64,000 bases of DNA from Patescibacteria group bacterium (lineage in GTDB: Bacteria; Patescibacteriota; Patescibacteriia; JAHJFT01), in contig JAQTTB010000002.1 of assembly GCA_028710985.1 (NCBI GenBank), positions 6,888-70,887 on the forward strand, in the 5' to 3' direction. How positions within the stretch are numbered: the first letter of the stretch is position 1; the number at the start of each line of letters is the position of its first letter. Made by a program: the position numbers and the translations under genes. Of the stretch, positions 50,011 through 60,065 are shown piece by piece. The notes beneath the pieces are model-generated. The model made no database searches. It saw only the letters and a list, made by a program, of their open reading frames with translations, and was not told where the DNA came from.

Positions 50011-50119
50011 TCTTATTAAAAAATCAATAAAACGGTAAAATAGAAATATACGTTTGACTTACTTCGACCTTAGGCCCATGTTGTGTGTAGAAAGGTCGAA
50101 ACAAACAATTAAATAATTA

Positions 50120-50995
50120 ATGAACAAAACTATGACTAAAAACGCCAAAATTTACGCCGTAATCGCCATTGTAGCGGTTCTTGGGGCAGGTTACGGAGTT
50201 TATCACCTCTTAGGCAACAATGCACCGCGTGGGGCCGAAACAACAGACATGGCCTCCATTACGAACTTTGACCAGTGCGTCGAAGCGGGATTCGCCATAA
50301 TGAAGTCCTATCCCGAGCAATGTATGACTTCCGACGGACGGATTTTCGTAAACCAAAATCCGCCGGCAGAAAGCGAACTCAATAAAGCCGAAGAAGCGAT
50401 CCGCACTTTTATGGGAGAGCCGAATCTGGAGTTGCAATACACCGGCCAGAATAATCATCTCTCCAACTTCGCAGTCTTGAGCAACGTCAAACAAAACGAC
50501 GGCGGGTTCACGGCCGACAATCCAGAAGAATGGGATCGCCCGATTTACATTTTTCAACAAAAAGATTTTATCAACGACCGCTGTGAAATTTACGAATACG
50601 AAGTGAGCACGAAAACCTACCAGGTCATCCAGGTCGGCATCAGATATCCACAGGAGCGTAGCGCAGTCATGCCAGGCAACTGCCCTGGCAACGGATCGCT
50701 GGACTGGCCGCTTATGAGCAAAGACGAAATCGAACAGGCCGCGTTCTCATACCTCGGCCATGATCCGGAACACACTAAGTTTTTAATAAGGTCTGACATC
50801 CAGCCGCAATACATATCCAGCAAACCGGACGCGAAAAATCCGGCGGCCAATGAATGGCGCTGGGAGGATAAAAGCTACAAATTGCCGGACGGACTTATGG
50901 GCGACCCATGGCCTTATCCGACTATGAGAATAATAATGTCGGCCGGCGGTAAGTTGGTTTATTACCTGAACACCACCGACCTATTTAAAAACTAA
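50120..50995 (+). CDS. hypothetical membrane-anchored protein (291 aa)
   Basis: N-terminal TM. The stop overlaps the recombinase start (ATGA). Confidence 0.5.
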   Translation: MNKTMTKNAKIYAVIAIVAVLGAGYGVYHLLGNNAPRGAETTDMASITNFDQCVEAGFAIMKSYPEQCMTSDGRIFVNQNPPAESELNKAEEAIRTFMGEPNLELQYTGQNNHLSNFAVLSNVKQNDGGFTADNPEEWDRPIYIFQQKDFINDRCEIYEYEVSTKTYQVIQVGIRYPQERSAVMPGNCPGNGSLDWPLMSKDEIEQAAFSYLGHDPEHTKFLIRSDIQPQYISSKPDAKNPAANEWRWEDKSYKLPDGLMGDPWPYPTMRIIMSAGGKLVYYLNTTDLFKN

Positions 50996-50996
50996 T

Positions 50997-52607
50997 ATGA
51001 ACCAGGAAGTACAACCAAAATTCAAGTACTTCCTCTACGCTCGAAAATCTTCAGAACAAGAAGATAGACAGGTCCTTTCGATTGACTCGCAAAAGAGCGA
51101 ACTGGAAGCGCTTGCAAAAAGAGAAAAGCTCCAAATTGTGGAGCGTCTGGAAGAATCATACTCGGCCAAAGCACCGGGCCGTGAGATTTTCAATCAGATG
51201 ATAAAACGGATAGAGAAAGGCGAAGCTGAGGGCATAATCGCCTGGCATCCGAACCGGCTCTCGCGTAATTCCGTGGACACCGGATACCTGGTCTATCTCA
51301 TGGATCAGAACAGGCTTCAGGACATACGTACACCCGGTCAGGCCTATCGAAACACACCGAATGATAAATTTCTTCTTAACCTCCTGTGTAGTCAGGCTAA
51401 ACTTGAAAATGATAATAAGGGTATTGATGTAAAACGCGGACTAAGGCGCAAGGTAGAAATGGGTTGGCACCCTGGGCCAGCACCGGTTGGCTATATGAAC
51501 ACGCCAGATAAGCTGAAAGGTTTTAAAACGATCCGCAAAGACCCGAAGATGTTTCCGATTGTTCGGAAAATGTTTGATATGCTTTTAAGCGGAGATTTTA
51601 CCGCTCCCCGTGTTCATGAGATTGCTATTAGCAATTGGGGCGTAAAGAAATTAGCGCGAAGCGGATTCTACCGCGTGCTTTATAATCCTTTCTATTATGG
51701 CTGGTTTGAATGGCCACAAGGCTCAGGTAACTGGCACAAAGGCAAGCACGAGCCGATGATCACACGCGACGAATACGACCGAGTCCAAAAACTACTCGGC
51801 CATGGGAGCAAACCAAAACCGGAAACCCACACTTTCGCTTACACCGGCATGATTCGTTGCGGCGAGTGCGGCTGTATGGTTACGGCCGAGAATAAAATAA
51901 AGAAAAACAAAAACGGCAACGTCCATCACTACACCTATTATCACTGCACTAAAAGAAAAGGTCCGTGCAGTCAGAAATGCATTGAGGTGGATGAACTGGA
52001 AAAACAGATCAAAAAAACGTTGGCCAAAGTTCAGCCACCGGAAGAATTCCACGGCTGGGCAATGAAGTGGCTTCAGAACGAAAACGGACGCGAGGCGGCC
52101 GATCGAAACGCAATACTTTCCAACCAACAAAAGAATTACGAAGTCTGCGTGAAAAAACTAGACGCTTTAATTGATATGCGCGCCGCCGGCGAGATCAGCG
52201 AAGAAGAATTCACACGCAAGAAATCGGAAGTCAACCAGGAAAAAGCCAAGTTGCACGAACTTCTAAATGACACTGACAGCCGCATAGACAGCTGGCTTCA
52301 GACGGCCGATAACATTTTAACCTTCGCCGGCGACGCCAACGAAGCGTTCACAGAACGAGGCCAGCATGCGAGAAAAGTAATTTTGTCTGCCCTCGGTTCG
52401 AACCTCCTCTTAAAAGACAAAAACATAAGAATTGACACGGATTCCGCGCTTCTGCCGTTAATTCTTGTCTCATCCGGGTCAAATCAAAAAATTGGACGGT
52501 TAGAACCTGCCCAAATAGGCTCTAATAAAGAGAAAAGCGGAGCTTTTGGCTCCGCAAATCCCACATGGCTCTGGGGGTGGGATTCGAACCCACGACCAAT
52601 TGGTTAA
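50997..52607 (+). CDS. large serine recombinase (integrase)
   Basis: N-terminal resolvase domain (YARKSSEQEDRQVLSIDSQ), recombinase domain and zinc ribbon (CGECGC...YYHC). The ORF 3' end runs into the tRNA-Asn 3' end, so the true stop may be earlier. Confidence 0.85.
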   Translation: MNQEVQPKFKYFLYARKSSEQEDRQVLSIDSQKSELEALAKREKLQIVERLEESYSAKAPGREIFNQMIKRIEKGEAEGIIAWHPNRLSRNSVDTGYLVYLMDQNRLQDIRTPGQAYRNTPNDKFLLNLLCSQAKLENDNKGIDVKRGLRRKVEMGWHPGPAPVGYMNTPDKLKGFKTIRKDPKMFPIVRKMFDMLLSGDFTAPRVHEIAISNWGVKKLARSGFYRVLYNPFYYGWFEWPQGSGNWHKGKHEPMITRDEYDRVQKLLGHGSKPKPETHTFAYTGMIRCGECGCMVTAENKIKKNKNGNVHHYTYYHCTKRKGPCSQKCIEVDELEKQIKKTLAKVQPPEEFHGWAMKWLQNENGREAADRNAILSNQQKNYEVCVKKLDALIDMRAAGEISEEEFTRKKSEVNQEKAKLHELLNDTDSRIDSWLQTADNILTFAGDANEAFTERGQHARKVILSALGSNLLLKDKNIRIDTDSALLPLILVSSGSNQKIGRLEPAQIGSNKEKSGAFGSANPTWLWGWDSNPRPIG

Positions 52608-52640
52608 CAGCCAACTGCTCTGCCACTGAGCTACCCCAGA
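52566..52640 (-). tRNA. tRNA-Asn (GTT), CCA encoded
   Basis: Cloverleaf folded by hand: acceptor TCTGGGG/CCCCAGA, D arm GCTC-AGTGGCA-GAGC, anticodon loop CTGTTAA, T arm GTGGG-TTCGAAT-CCCAC. Confidence 0.85.
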
Positions 52641-52677
52641 AAACATTTGGCCATCTTAATACGTATGGCCAAAAAAA

Positions 52678-53988
<1,311 letters not shown>

Positions 53989-54013
53989 TGTTTGAAAAAA
54001 ATTTTACGATTTT

Positions 54014-55804
54014 CTAATCTGAGCTTTCCAATCCTTGGTATTTTTTCATAATTTTCTCAACCAGTTCCTTATCCCCTTTTTCTTCGGCTTCCCTCATCTG
54101 TTTGACAAGTTTTTGTTTTTCGTTCGTGTGATAAAGAGCTTCAGCGTAAGCGCATATTTTCAAAAGCTCTTTTTGCAAATCCGCGCTCTCAAAGTCTGGC
54201 CAGTCACGCTCGCCGGCCAGCGCCAGCTTCCGAAAAAAATCCACTCCCCCCTTATCCGGTGAACTCTTTTCAATAAATTTCTCTAATTCTTGATAAATAT
54301 TGCCTTCACCCGAACGCGCATCATTATAAAACAAAATCAGATTCTTGTACAGCTGTTGATAACTTTCCGACCAGATATACTCGGGATGGAAGTCGGCCTG
54401 GACCGCGGTAATGAGTTCGGGCCGGTTAATGAGTATGGAAATCAGTTTCGCCCAGACACGCTCTTCTTTGGTTTCTTCGGCCAGGACCGGCTTTGGCGGT
54501 TCCGGGGCGGCCTGCTCCTTAATGCGCGCCGGAGCGGGCAGGGATTCGCGCAAAATTTGTTCGCCCACGTCAATCATTTTTGAAAGCTGCTGCAGCCAAT
54601 GCGACTGCTCCACTCTATTTTTAATCCTGGCGATTTCCGAAAGCAGAAAAACTGACGCCTGCTTTTTTCCGGACGCGGAATTCAGATCAAAATTTTTCTT
54701 TGCGACTGAAAAATAATATTCCATGGCGCCGACTTTTTCTTTGATTGCTTTTTTCCAGAGTTCGGGGTCGCGGTTCGCGAGTTCATCCGGATCCTTTGCG
54801 CCGGAAATAAGAATCACGCTCACATTCATATCGCTCGCAAGCGCCATGTCAATGCCGCGCTTGACCGCCGTCTGTCCGGCCGCGTCCGCGTCAAACGCGA
54901 ACGCGATATTCTGGGTATAGCGTTTGATGATGCCGACCTGCTCGGCCGTGAGCGCCGTGCCGGATGAAGCGATGGCGTTCTTTACGCCGACGCGGTGCGA
55001 GGTTATCGCATCCATATTGCCCTCAACCATTACCGCGAGATCCTCCTGCTGGATGGCGCGCTTTGCTCGGTCCAGGCCGTAAATTACTTCGCTCTTATTA
55101 TAAATCTTTGTCTGCGGCGTATTGATATATTTTGCCTCCTTGGCTTCGGGGTCCAGAAGCCGCGCCGTGAATCCCACGGTATTGCCGTGGATGTTGCGGA
55201 TCGGAAACACCACCCGGCCGCGGAACCGATCGTAATACCCGCTGCCGCGCTCTTTGCGCGACACGAGCCCGGCCTCGTTGATATCCGACTCGCTGTATTC
55301 TTTCTTTTTTAAAAAATTCAATAATATCTCCCATTTATCCGGCGCGTAGCCGAGCATAAACTCCTCCACGACATCGGCCGGCAGATTTCTTTTTTCAATA
55401 TACTTTCTTGCCGCCTCGGCCGACTGTGATTCAAGCAGCACGCGGTGGTAAAACTTGGCCGCGAGATCATTGAGCGCGATAAGCTTCTGCCGCAAGCCGG
55501 TCTGCTCGCGGTTATACTCCGGCAAAGTAACGCCCGCCTTAGCCGCGAGTAACCGCAATGCCTCGGGAAAATCCACGCCGTCCATTTTCATGACAAACGC
55601 GAACTGATCCCCGCCCTCGCCGCAGCCGAAGCAGTGCCAAATCTGTTTTGACTTTGATACAAAAAAAGACGGCGTCTTTTCATGATGAAACGGGCAGCAT
55701 GCCTTAAAACTGCCGGACCCAGCCGGCCGGAGCTGCAGATACTCGCCGATCAAATCAACGATATCCAGTTTAGATTTTATTTGTTCAATCTCGCTCATAT
55801 CCAA
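54014..55804 (-). CDS. dnaG: DNA primase
   Basis: Zn ribbon CCPFHHEKTPSF...CFGCG and a Toprim domain; 596 aa. Confidence 0.95.
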   Translation of the reverse strand: MDMSEIEQIKSKLDIVDLIGEYLQLRPAGSGSFKACCPFHHEKTPSFFVSKSKQIWHCFGCGEGGDQFAFVMKMDGVDFPEALRLLAAKAGVTLPEYNREQTGLRQKLIALNDLAAKFYHRVLLESQSAEAARKYIEKRNLPADVVEEFMLGYAPDKWEILLNFLKKKEYSESDINEAGLVSRKERGSGYYDRFRGRVVFPIRNIHGNTVGFTARLLDPEAKEAKYINTPQTKIYNKSEVIYGLDRAKRAIQQEDLAVMVEGNMDAITSHRVGVKNAIASSGTALTAEQVGIIKRYTQNIAFAFDADAAGQTAVKRGIDMALASDMNVSVILISGAKDPDELANRDPELWKKAIKEKVGAMEYYFSVAKKNFDLNSASGKKQASVFLLSEIARIKNRVEQSHWLQQLSKMIDVGEQILRESLPAPARIKEQAAPEPPKPVLAEETKEERVWAKLISILINRPELITAVQADFHPEYIWSESYQQLYKNLILFYNDARSGEGNIYQELEKFIEKSSPDKGGVDFFRKLALAGERDWPDFESADLQKELLKICAYAEALYHTNEKQKLVKQMREAEEKGDKELVEKIMKKYQGLESSD

Positions 55805-55813
55805 TATCGAAAT

Positions 55814-56713
55814 TTAAATCGAAACCACAATCAATGACCGTTCATGCCCATATTTTTCCGGAGCATCCACCGTTGCTTTTCGGGCAGTGAATTTCTTAAA
55901 ACACTCTTCCATGTCGTGGGGCCATTGGCTAAGAATTGAAAGAAATTCTGGCAATTCCATATACTCCTCAAAACCATCGGTGATAACCGCGACCAAGTCG
56001 CCCGGCTCCACTTCGAAACTTCCGAAATTAAGATAACGATTGGCCGCTTCTTCGCCGGTCACCACGCCGTAACCGATCAGCTTGCCCTCGTCGTTTACTC
56101 CATTCCGTTTCTGACTCCATACATACTGCGCCTTGGCTTTCACGTCGTTTGCATCTCCCACATATGGCGGCGCTTCGGCCTCGACCTTTGCATTTATATC
56201 CGGTGATTTAAAAAACAGCGAACCGTCATTTTTAAAATGCATAATATATGAATCGCCAATCGAACCCCAGTACACTTTTTTGTCTATTATTACCGCAAAC
56301 GCGGCTGTGGCGGCGTAAAAATCATTATTCCAATAATCAACCGTTTCTTTTGTGCGTCCGTGCTCTTGATTATACTTCCCCGCCGCCTGGTTGGCTATTT
56401 GAAAAATTTCCCTAATGTCAGATTCATGAAATAACTCATATTTGTCTTCCGCGGCTTTTAAAAATTCTTCGCAAAACACGCGCGCAATCTCCCCGGCCGG
56501 CGACAGATTGGGATATTCTTTCCTCTCGACCAGATACTGGATCAGCGTAACTCCATCGGCCACCACAAAAATCGGATACTTCTCGGAAACAAGCAAAAAA
56601 TCTTCTTTTGGATGAAGACCATTCTTAATGTCTTCGAGCTTTAACCCAAATTCTCGAAGAGCGATTTTAATAAACTCTTTTGACGGTGGTTCAATGATAC
56701 TGAATTTTTTCAT
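55814..56713 (-). CDS. PP2C-family Ser/Thr phosphatase (SpoIIE/RsbU-like)
   Basis: VVADGVT...GSIGDS...VITDG metal-binding Asp motifs. Trimmed to the internal ATG, because the longer ORF overlaps tRNA-Ser. Confidence 0.65.
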   Translation of the reverse strand: MKKFSIIEPPSKEFIKIALREFGLKLEDIKNGLHPKEDFLLVSEKYPIFVVADGVTLIQYLVERKEYPNLSPAGEIARVFCEEFLKAAEDKYELFHESDIREIFQIANQAAGKYNQEHGRTKETVDYWNNDFYAATAAFAVIIDKKVYWGSIGDSYIMHFKNDGSLFFKSPDINAKVEAEAPPYVGDANDVKAKAQYVWSQKRNGVNDEGKLIGYGVVTGEEAANRYLNFGSFEVEPGDLVAVITDGFEEYMELPEFLSILSQWPHDMEECFKKFTARKATVDAPEKYGHERSLIVVSI

Positions 56714-56736
56714 GTTTAGGGTAAAGTTTTGAAATC

Positions 56737-56824
56737 TGGCGGTGGGAGTGGGATTCGAACCCACGATACCTTGCGGTATACACGCTTTCCAAGCGTGCGC
56801 CATCGGCCACTCGGCCATCCCACC
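56737..56824 (-). tRNA. tRNA-Ser (GGA), type II with long variable arm, CCA encoded
   Basis: Acceptor GGTGGGA/TCCCACC, anticodon stem CACGC/GCGTG with loop TTGGAAA, variable arm TATACC-GCAA-GGTATC, T arm GTGGG-TTCGAAT-CCCAC. Confidence 0.85.
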
Positions 56825-56943
56825 ATTGAGGAATTTTAAACGTTTTTAAATAATATCCATCCTTTCCTTATCTAGCTCTTTCGGCCACCCCCGCAAAACG
56901 GGGCCCCGCTGCGCGGGGTCGGCCATCCCACCATTAAGGAATT
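56811..56943. repeat. about 30-bp direct repeat duplicating the tRNA-Ser 5' end plus upstream flank
   Basis: TCGGCCATCCCACCATTGAGGAATTTTAAA (56811-56840) and TCGGCCATCCCACCATTAAGGAATTTTAAA (56914-56943). Confidence 0.55.
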
Positions 56944-57164
56944 TTAAATTTTAAGTTTTAAATTTTAATTCAATTTTAAATTACCAATCTCAAATGACTC
57001 AATGTAGGCATATTGTACCATTTTAGCCTTATTTTTTCAACCCCGCCCGGCTGCTAGATTCTAGATTCTAGCTACTAGATTCTGGTAATAAAAAAAAGAG
57101 CCGCTTGCGCGGACTCTTAGGGGAAGAAAAAAGAACTAACACAGACCATGGGCCTGCAGAATTG

Positions 57165-57281
57165 AAGGGACGGCGGGAATCGAACCCGCAACCTTTCCGG
57201 TTCCGGAATCGTGCTCAAGATAGGAGGTCAGTCCTTAGTCGACTCCGGTCGTTAACGCTCTGCCAGTTGAGCTACGTCCCT
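57165..57281 (-). tRNA. tRNA-like gene (117 nt) with canonical acceptor, D and T arms but a roughly 40-45-nt insertion in the anticodon/variable region; possible intron-containing tRNA or tRNA-derived pseudogene
   Basis: 5' AGGGACG-T-A-GCTC-AACTGGCA-GAGC-G ... 65-nt region with a 9-bp internal stem (CCGGAGTCG/CGATTCCGG) ... GCGGG-TTCGATT-CCCGC-CGTCCCT-T. A terminator hairpin lies downstream at about 57096-57125. Confidence 0.4.
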
Positions 57282-57778
57282 GTTGGGCACCGCGCTACCG
57301 CTGGCGCAAAGGCCGATGCGGTTTTTGCGGCGGTACCCTGCCCGGTTTCCCCCCTGCTCTGAACGGGCATATGCCTGATGCGGCGATCGGACTTTTTTGT
57401 CGGCCGGCTGATTTGTCGCCGGCTTGAGCGGGTCCGCACGCTCTTCCCGTCGTGCGCGGTTTTTGTTTCTCGGAGGAAACCGCGTTTATCCCCCATCGAG
57501 AGTGTTATCTGGTGCGCACCTCCGCTCGGCCGGAACGGATAACGGGGTTATCTCTTGCCCGCTATCCTCTCGCCGCTCTGATGGTCTTCTTCGGATCGTA
57601 CCACTTCTCGGTCTTCCTTCGCCTGGTTGGGCGCGCGCTCCGGATCTGCGACGGCGATGCCCTGGAGTAGCTCATCCTCGAGCTCCTTTCTCCCATGAAT
57701 GGTTGATGGGACCTCTCCACGAAAATATATTAATACATCAACCGCTGCCCGTCAACCAACTTATTCAAAATATGAATA

Positions 57779-57812
57779 TAAAAAAATGCCAGGTTCCTTG
57801 CGGAAACCTGGC
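57779..57812 (-). terminator. rho-independent terminator of the 57828..59390 gene
   Basis: CCAGGTTCCTTGCGGAAACCTGG followed by a T-run on the minus strand. Confidence 0.55.
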
Positions 57813-57827
57813 TTGAGAACGAAGGTG

Positions 57828-59390
57828 CTACTTCTTGGGAATGACCGGCTCGCAGTCGTGGATAACTATCCATCCGTCTTCGAGCGTGTAGTCCTCGCCC
57901 AGGCACTTGATGCGCCTGGGGATGACGAATTTCTCCTCGCTGACCTGGCTCTTGACCTGGCTCTGGAGTAACGAGATTTGACCCTCGAGTGACGAGATCT
58001 GGCCTTCGAGACCGGAGACTTGTCCTTCGAGTTCGCCTTTCTCGTTCTGGAGCTCCTGCACTCGTTTGGCATCCTCCCTGCCCTGCTGCAGGTCTTTGTC
58101 CAACGGGGGGCTGAAGACCTTCATCACGCCGTCGGTTGAGTACCAGGTGTAAATCTCCGGCTCCTCGCTCGCGGCGGAAGATTCGGCCGTCTCGGTCTCA
58201 TCCTCGGCTGAAGCGACAATGACCATGTCGGTCTGCTCCACCGGGACCGCGGTTTCCTCCAAGGCGTCGCCTGCTTCGGCATCGCTCGGCGCGATGACCA
58301 CGGGCTCGATGTCCGCCGGAGCGGGCACGGGCTCCACCTTGGTCAGGGCGGCCATGGAGTCATCCGTCTCGTGCTGCATGTCCTTGCCGCCGAACAGCCT
58401 ATTCCACCCCTGCCATTCATCCCGGCTGGTGACAACCAGGACGGTGACCAGGAACGCGGCCACGACTACGAAGCCGCCGACCGGCCACCATCTCTTGAAT
58501 TTGGACTTGGACTTCTCGACTTCCGCCATCGGCGCCTTGTCCGGAGAATCCTTGCCCTTTCCATTGTCCATTGCCTTATCCTCCTTTTTCTGCGCGAACT
58601 CGATCAATCGCTCGATCTTGTTCACTGTGCCGTTGTTGTCCCACTCGATGGCATACGCCACGGTTTCCGGCCGCACCGCGATCTGGACAATCTTGAACTT
58701 CACTAATCCGTTGCTGTCGGTCATGCCACTGTCGCTTTCCGCGGTTGGGCAGTCATCATCACTGAGACCGTCTCCCATGAGCATGATCTTGACATTCTTC
58801 GTATCCGGGACAAGGGTAATCATGATGCCGGTTGCCGCCTTATCGTGTTCGCGCACACGCGCGCGCACGGCGGCCGGCGAACCGACGTGCACCGAGTCCG
58901 GCGCTTCCACATCGCAGTGAAGCTCGCGCTGCGCCATTCTTTCCCCAATGCTGATGAACTCGGGTTCGGTAAGCAGCGCCTGTTCATCGCCGAAAACCGC
59001 CACCAGGCGCTCGATCGAATCCTCGACCCTGGTGTCCGGATTCAGCCACGAAATGTTAATCTTGGCGTCGCCCGGCCGGTCAAGACAGACCGTGAAATCG
59101 GCACGGCCGTCCGCGCTTGTCCCCTTCCCCACGTTCAGGCTGGGCGTTGATTCGAGCATTTCTCTCAGCTCGTTCTCCTTGCCCATCATGTCGTCCGGTA
59201 TGCACATACGCGTAATATCCGGATCGTCCAAGATATGCGCCGAACCTTCGGCCGTCACGAAAACCGTGACATTCTGAACCGGGCACGTGCCGCGCAGGGC
59301 AACGACCCTTATGATGACGATATCGCCGACCGACGCCATGTCGGTCGTATCGTCAACGATGACTTTAAAACCGTTTGGCTGGTCTTCCAT
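57828..59390 (-). CDS. hypothetical GC-rich protein (520 aa) with central TM helix, acidic tracts and C-terminal GQxSxLE coiled-coil repeats
   Basis: ORF with a GAGAGGGA Shine-Dalgarno. Repeats GELEGQVSGLEGQISSLEGQISLLQSQV. Composition differs from neighbouring genes. Confidence 0.5.
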   Translation of the reverse strand: MEDQPNGFKVIVDDTTDMASVGDIVIIRVVALRGTCPVQNVTVFVTAEGSAHILDDPDITRMCIPDDMMGKENELREMLESTPSLNVGKGTSADGRADFTVCLDRPGDAKINISWLNPDTRVEDSIERLVAVFGDEQALLTEPEFISIGERMAQRELHCDVEAPDSVHVGSPAAVRARVREHDKAATGIMITLVPDTKNVKIMLMGDGLSDDDCPTAESDSGMTDSNGLVKFKIVQIAVRPETVAYAIEWDNNGTVNKIERLIEFAQKKEDKAMDNGKGKDSPDKAPMAEVEKSKSKFKRWWPVGGFVVVAAFLVTVLVVTSRDEWQGWNRLFGGKDMQHETDDSMAALTKVEPVPAPADIEPVVIAPSDAEAGDALEETAVPVEQTDMVIVASAEDETETAESSAASEEPEIYTWYSTDGVMKVFSPPLDKDLQQGREDAKRVQELQNEKGELEGQVSGLEGQISSLEGQISLLQSQVKSQVSEEKFVIPRRIKCLGEDYTLEDGWIVIHDCEPVIPKK

Positions 59391-59512
59391 TGTTCCCTCT
59401 CTTTTTTTGGTTAAAGAGCTGATTTCACAACTTAACAGAAAAGTCTAAGATTGTCAATATCCTGACCAAGATTTGAAAAATTAGCCTATTTTTGCTATAA
59501 TTTGAGTAATTT

Positions 59513-60064
59513 ATGATAATAATTCTGCTTCAGGCTTTTTATCTTGCCCTGCCGGCCTATCTTGCCAATATGGCGCCGGTTATTATTGATAAACTCCGCC
59601 TTTTTCAGTTCCTAAACAAGCCCATTGATGCCAACCGCCTCTGGCGCGACGAACCGATTTTAGGCCGAGGCAAAACCTGGCGCGGCCTGATCTGCGGCGC
59701 TCTAACTGCCGTGGCGGTTGCCGGAATCCAGGCTCTTTTATATAACGAAAATCTGTTCCGGGAAATTACTATTGTTGATTTTTCCGGATATAATTTTCTG
59801 CTTTTTGGATTCCTAGCAGGCAGCGGCGCGCTTCTCGGCGACCTGATAAAAAGTTTTTTCAAGCGCCGCCTCGGCATCTTGTCCGGCGCTTCCTGGCCGA
59901 TTGCCGACCAGCTTGATTTTATCGCCGGGTTCCTGCTCTTCACCGGGTGGCTCGTCCGTCCCGAATGGCCAGTGGTCGTTGCCCTGATTATTCTGACCCT
60001 GATTCTCCATCCTCTGACCAATCTTATCGGCTATCTGATCCGATTTAAAAAAGTCTGGTGGTAA
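59513..60064 (+). CDS. DUF46/CarS-like CDP-alcohol (CDP-archaeol/CDP-diglyceride) synthase homologue
   Basis: LPAYLANMAPV and GRGKTWRG motifs; 5 TM helices; 183 aa. Confidence 0.55.
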   Translation: MIIILLQAFYLALPAYLANMAPVIIDKLRLFQFLNKPIDANRLWRDEPILGRGKTWRGLICGALTAVAVAGIQALLYNENLFREITIVDFSGYNFLLFGFLAGSGALLGDLIKSFFKRRLGILSGASWPIADQLDFIAGFLLFTGWLVRPEWPVVVALIILTLILHPLTNLIGYLIRFKKVWW

Positions 60065-60065
60065 T

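Noticed and set aside
52560-52607. Serine recombinase C-terminus overlapping tRNA-Asn as a real protein-coding overlap
   Set aside because: It is probably ORF read-through into the tRNA. The feature is kept as listed, but the true stop may be upstream. I cannot resolve this without homologue alignment.
55814-56818. Full-length ORF for the PP2C gene extending to 56818, and likewise rsmH to 25986, rplU to 17829 and the permease to 15377
   Set aside because: The N-terminal extensions read through tRNA-Ser or upstream intergenic DNA and give non-protein-like sequence. They were trimmed to internal ATGs that match the conserved protein N-termini.
57282-57780. RNase P RNA, tmRNA or SRP RNA in the GC-rich non-coding block
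   Set aside because: P4 strands (AGGAAAGUCCGGGC / ACAGAANCCGGCUUA), a tmRNA tag frame with 3' tRNA-like end, and the SRP GGUCCGGAAGGAAGCAGC motif were looked for on both strands and not found. The region is kept only as an unexplained structured region.
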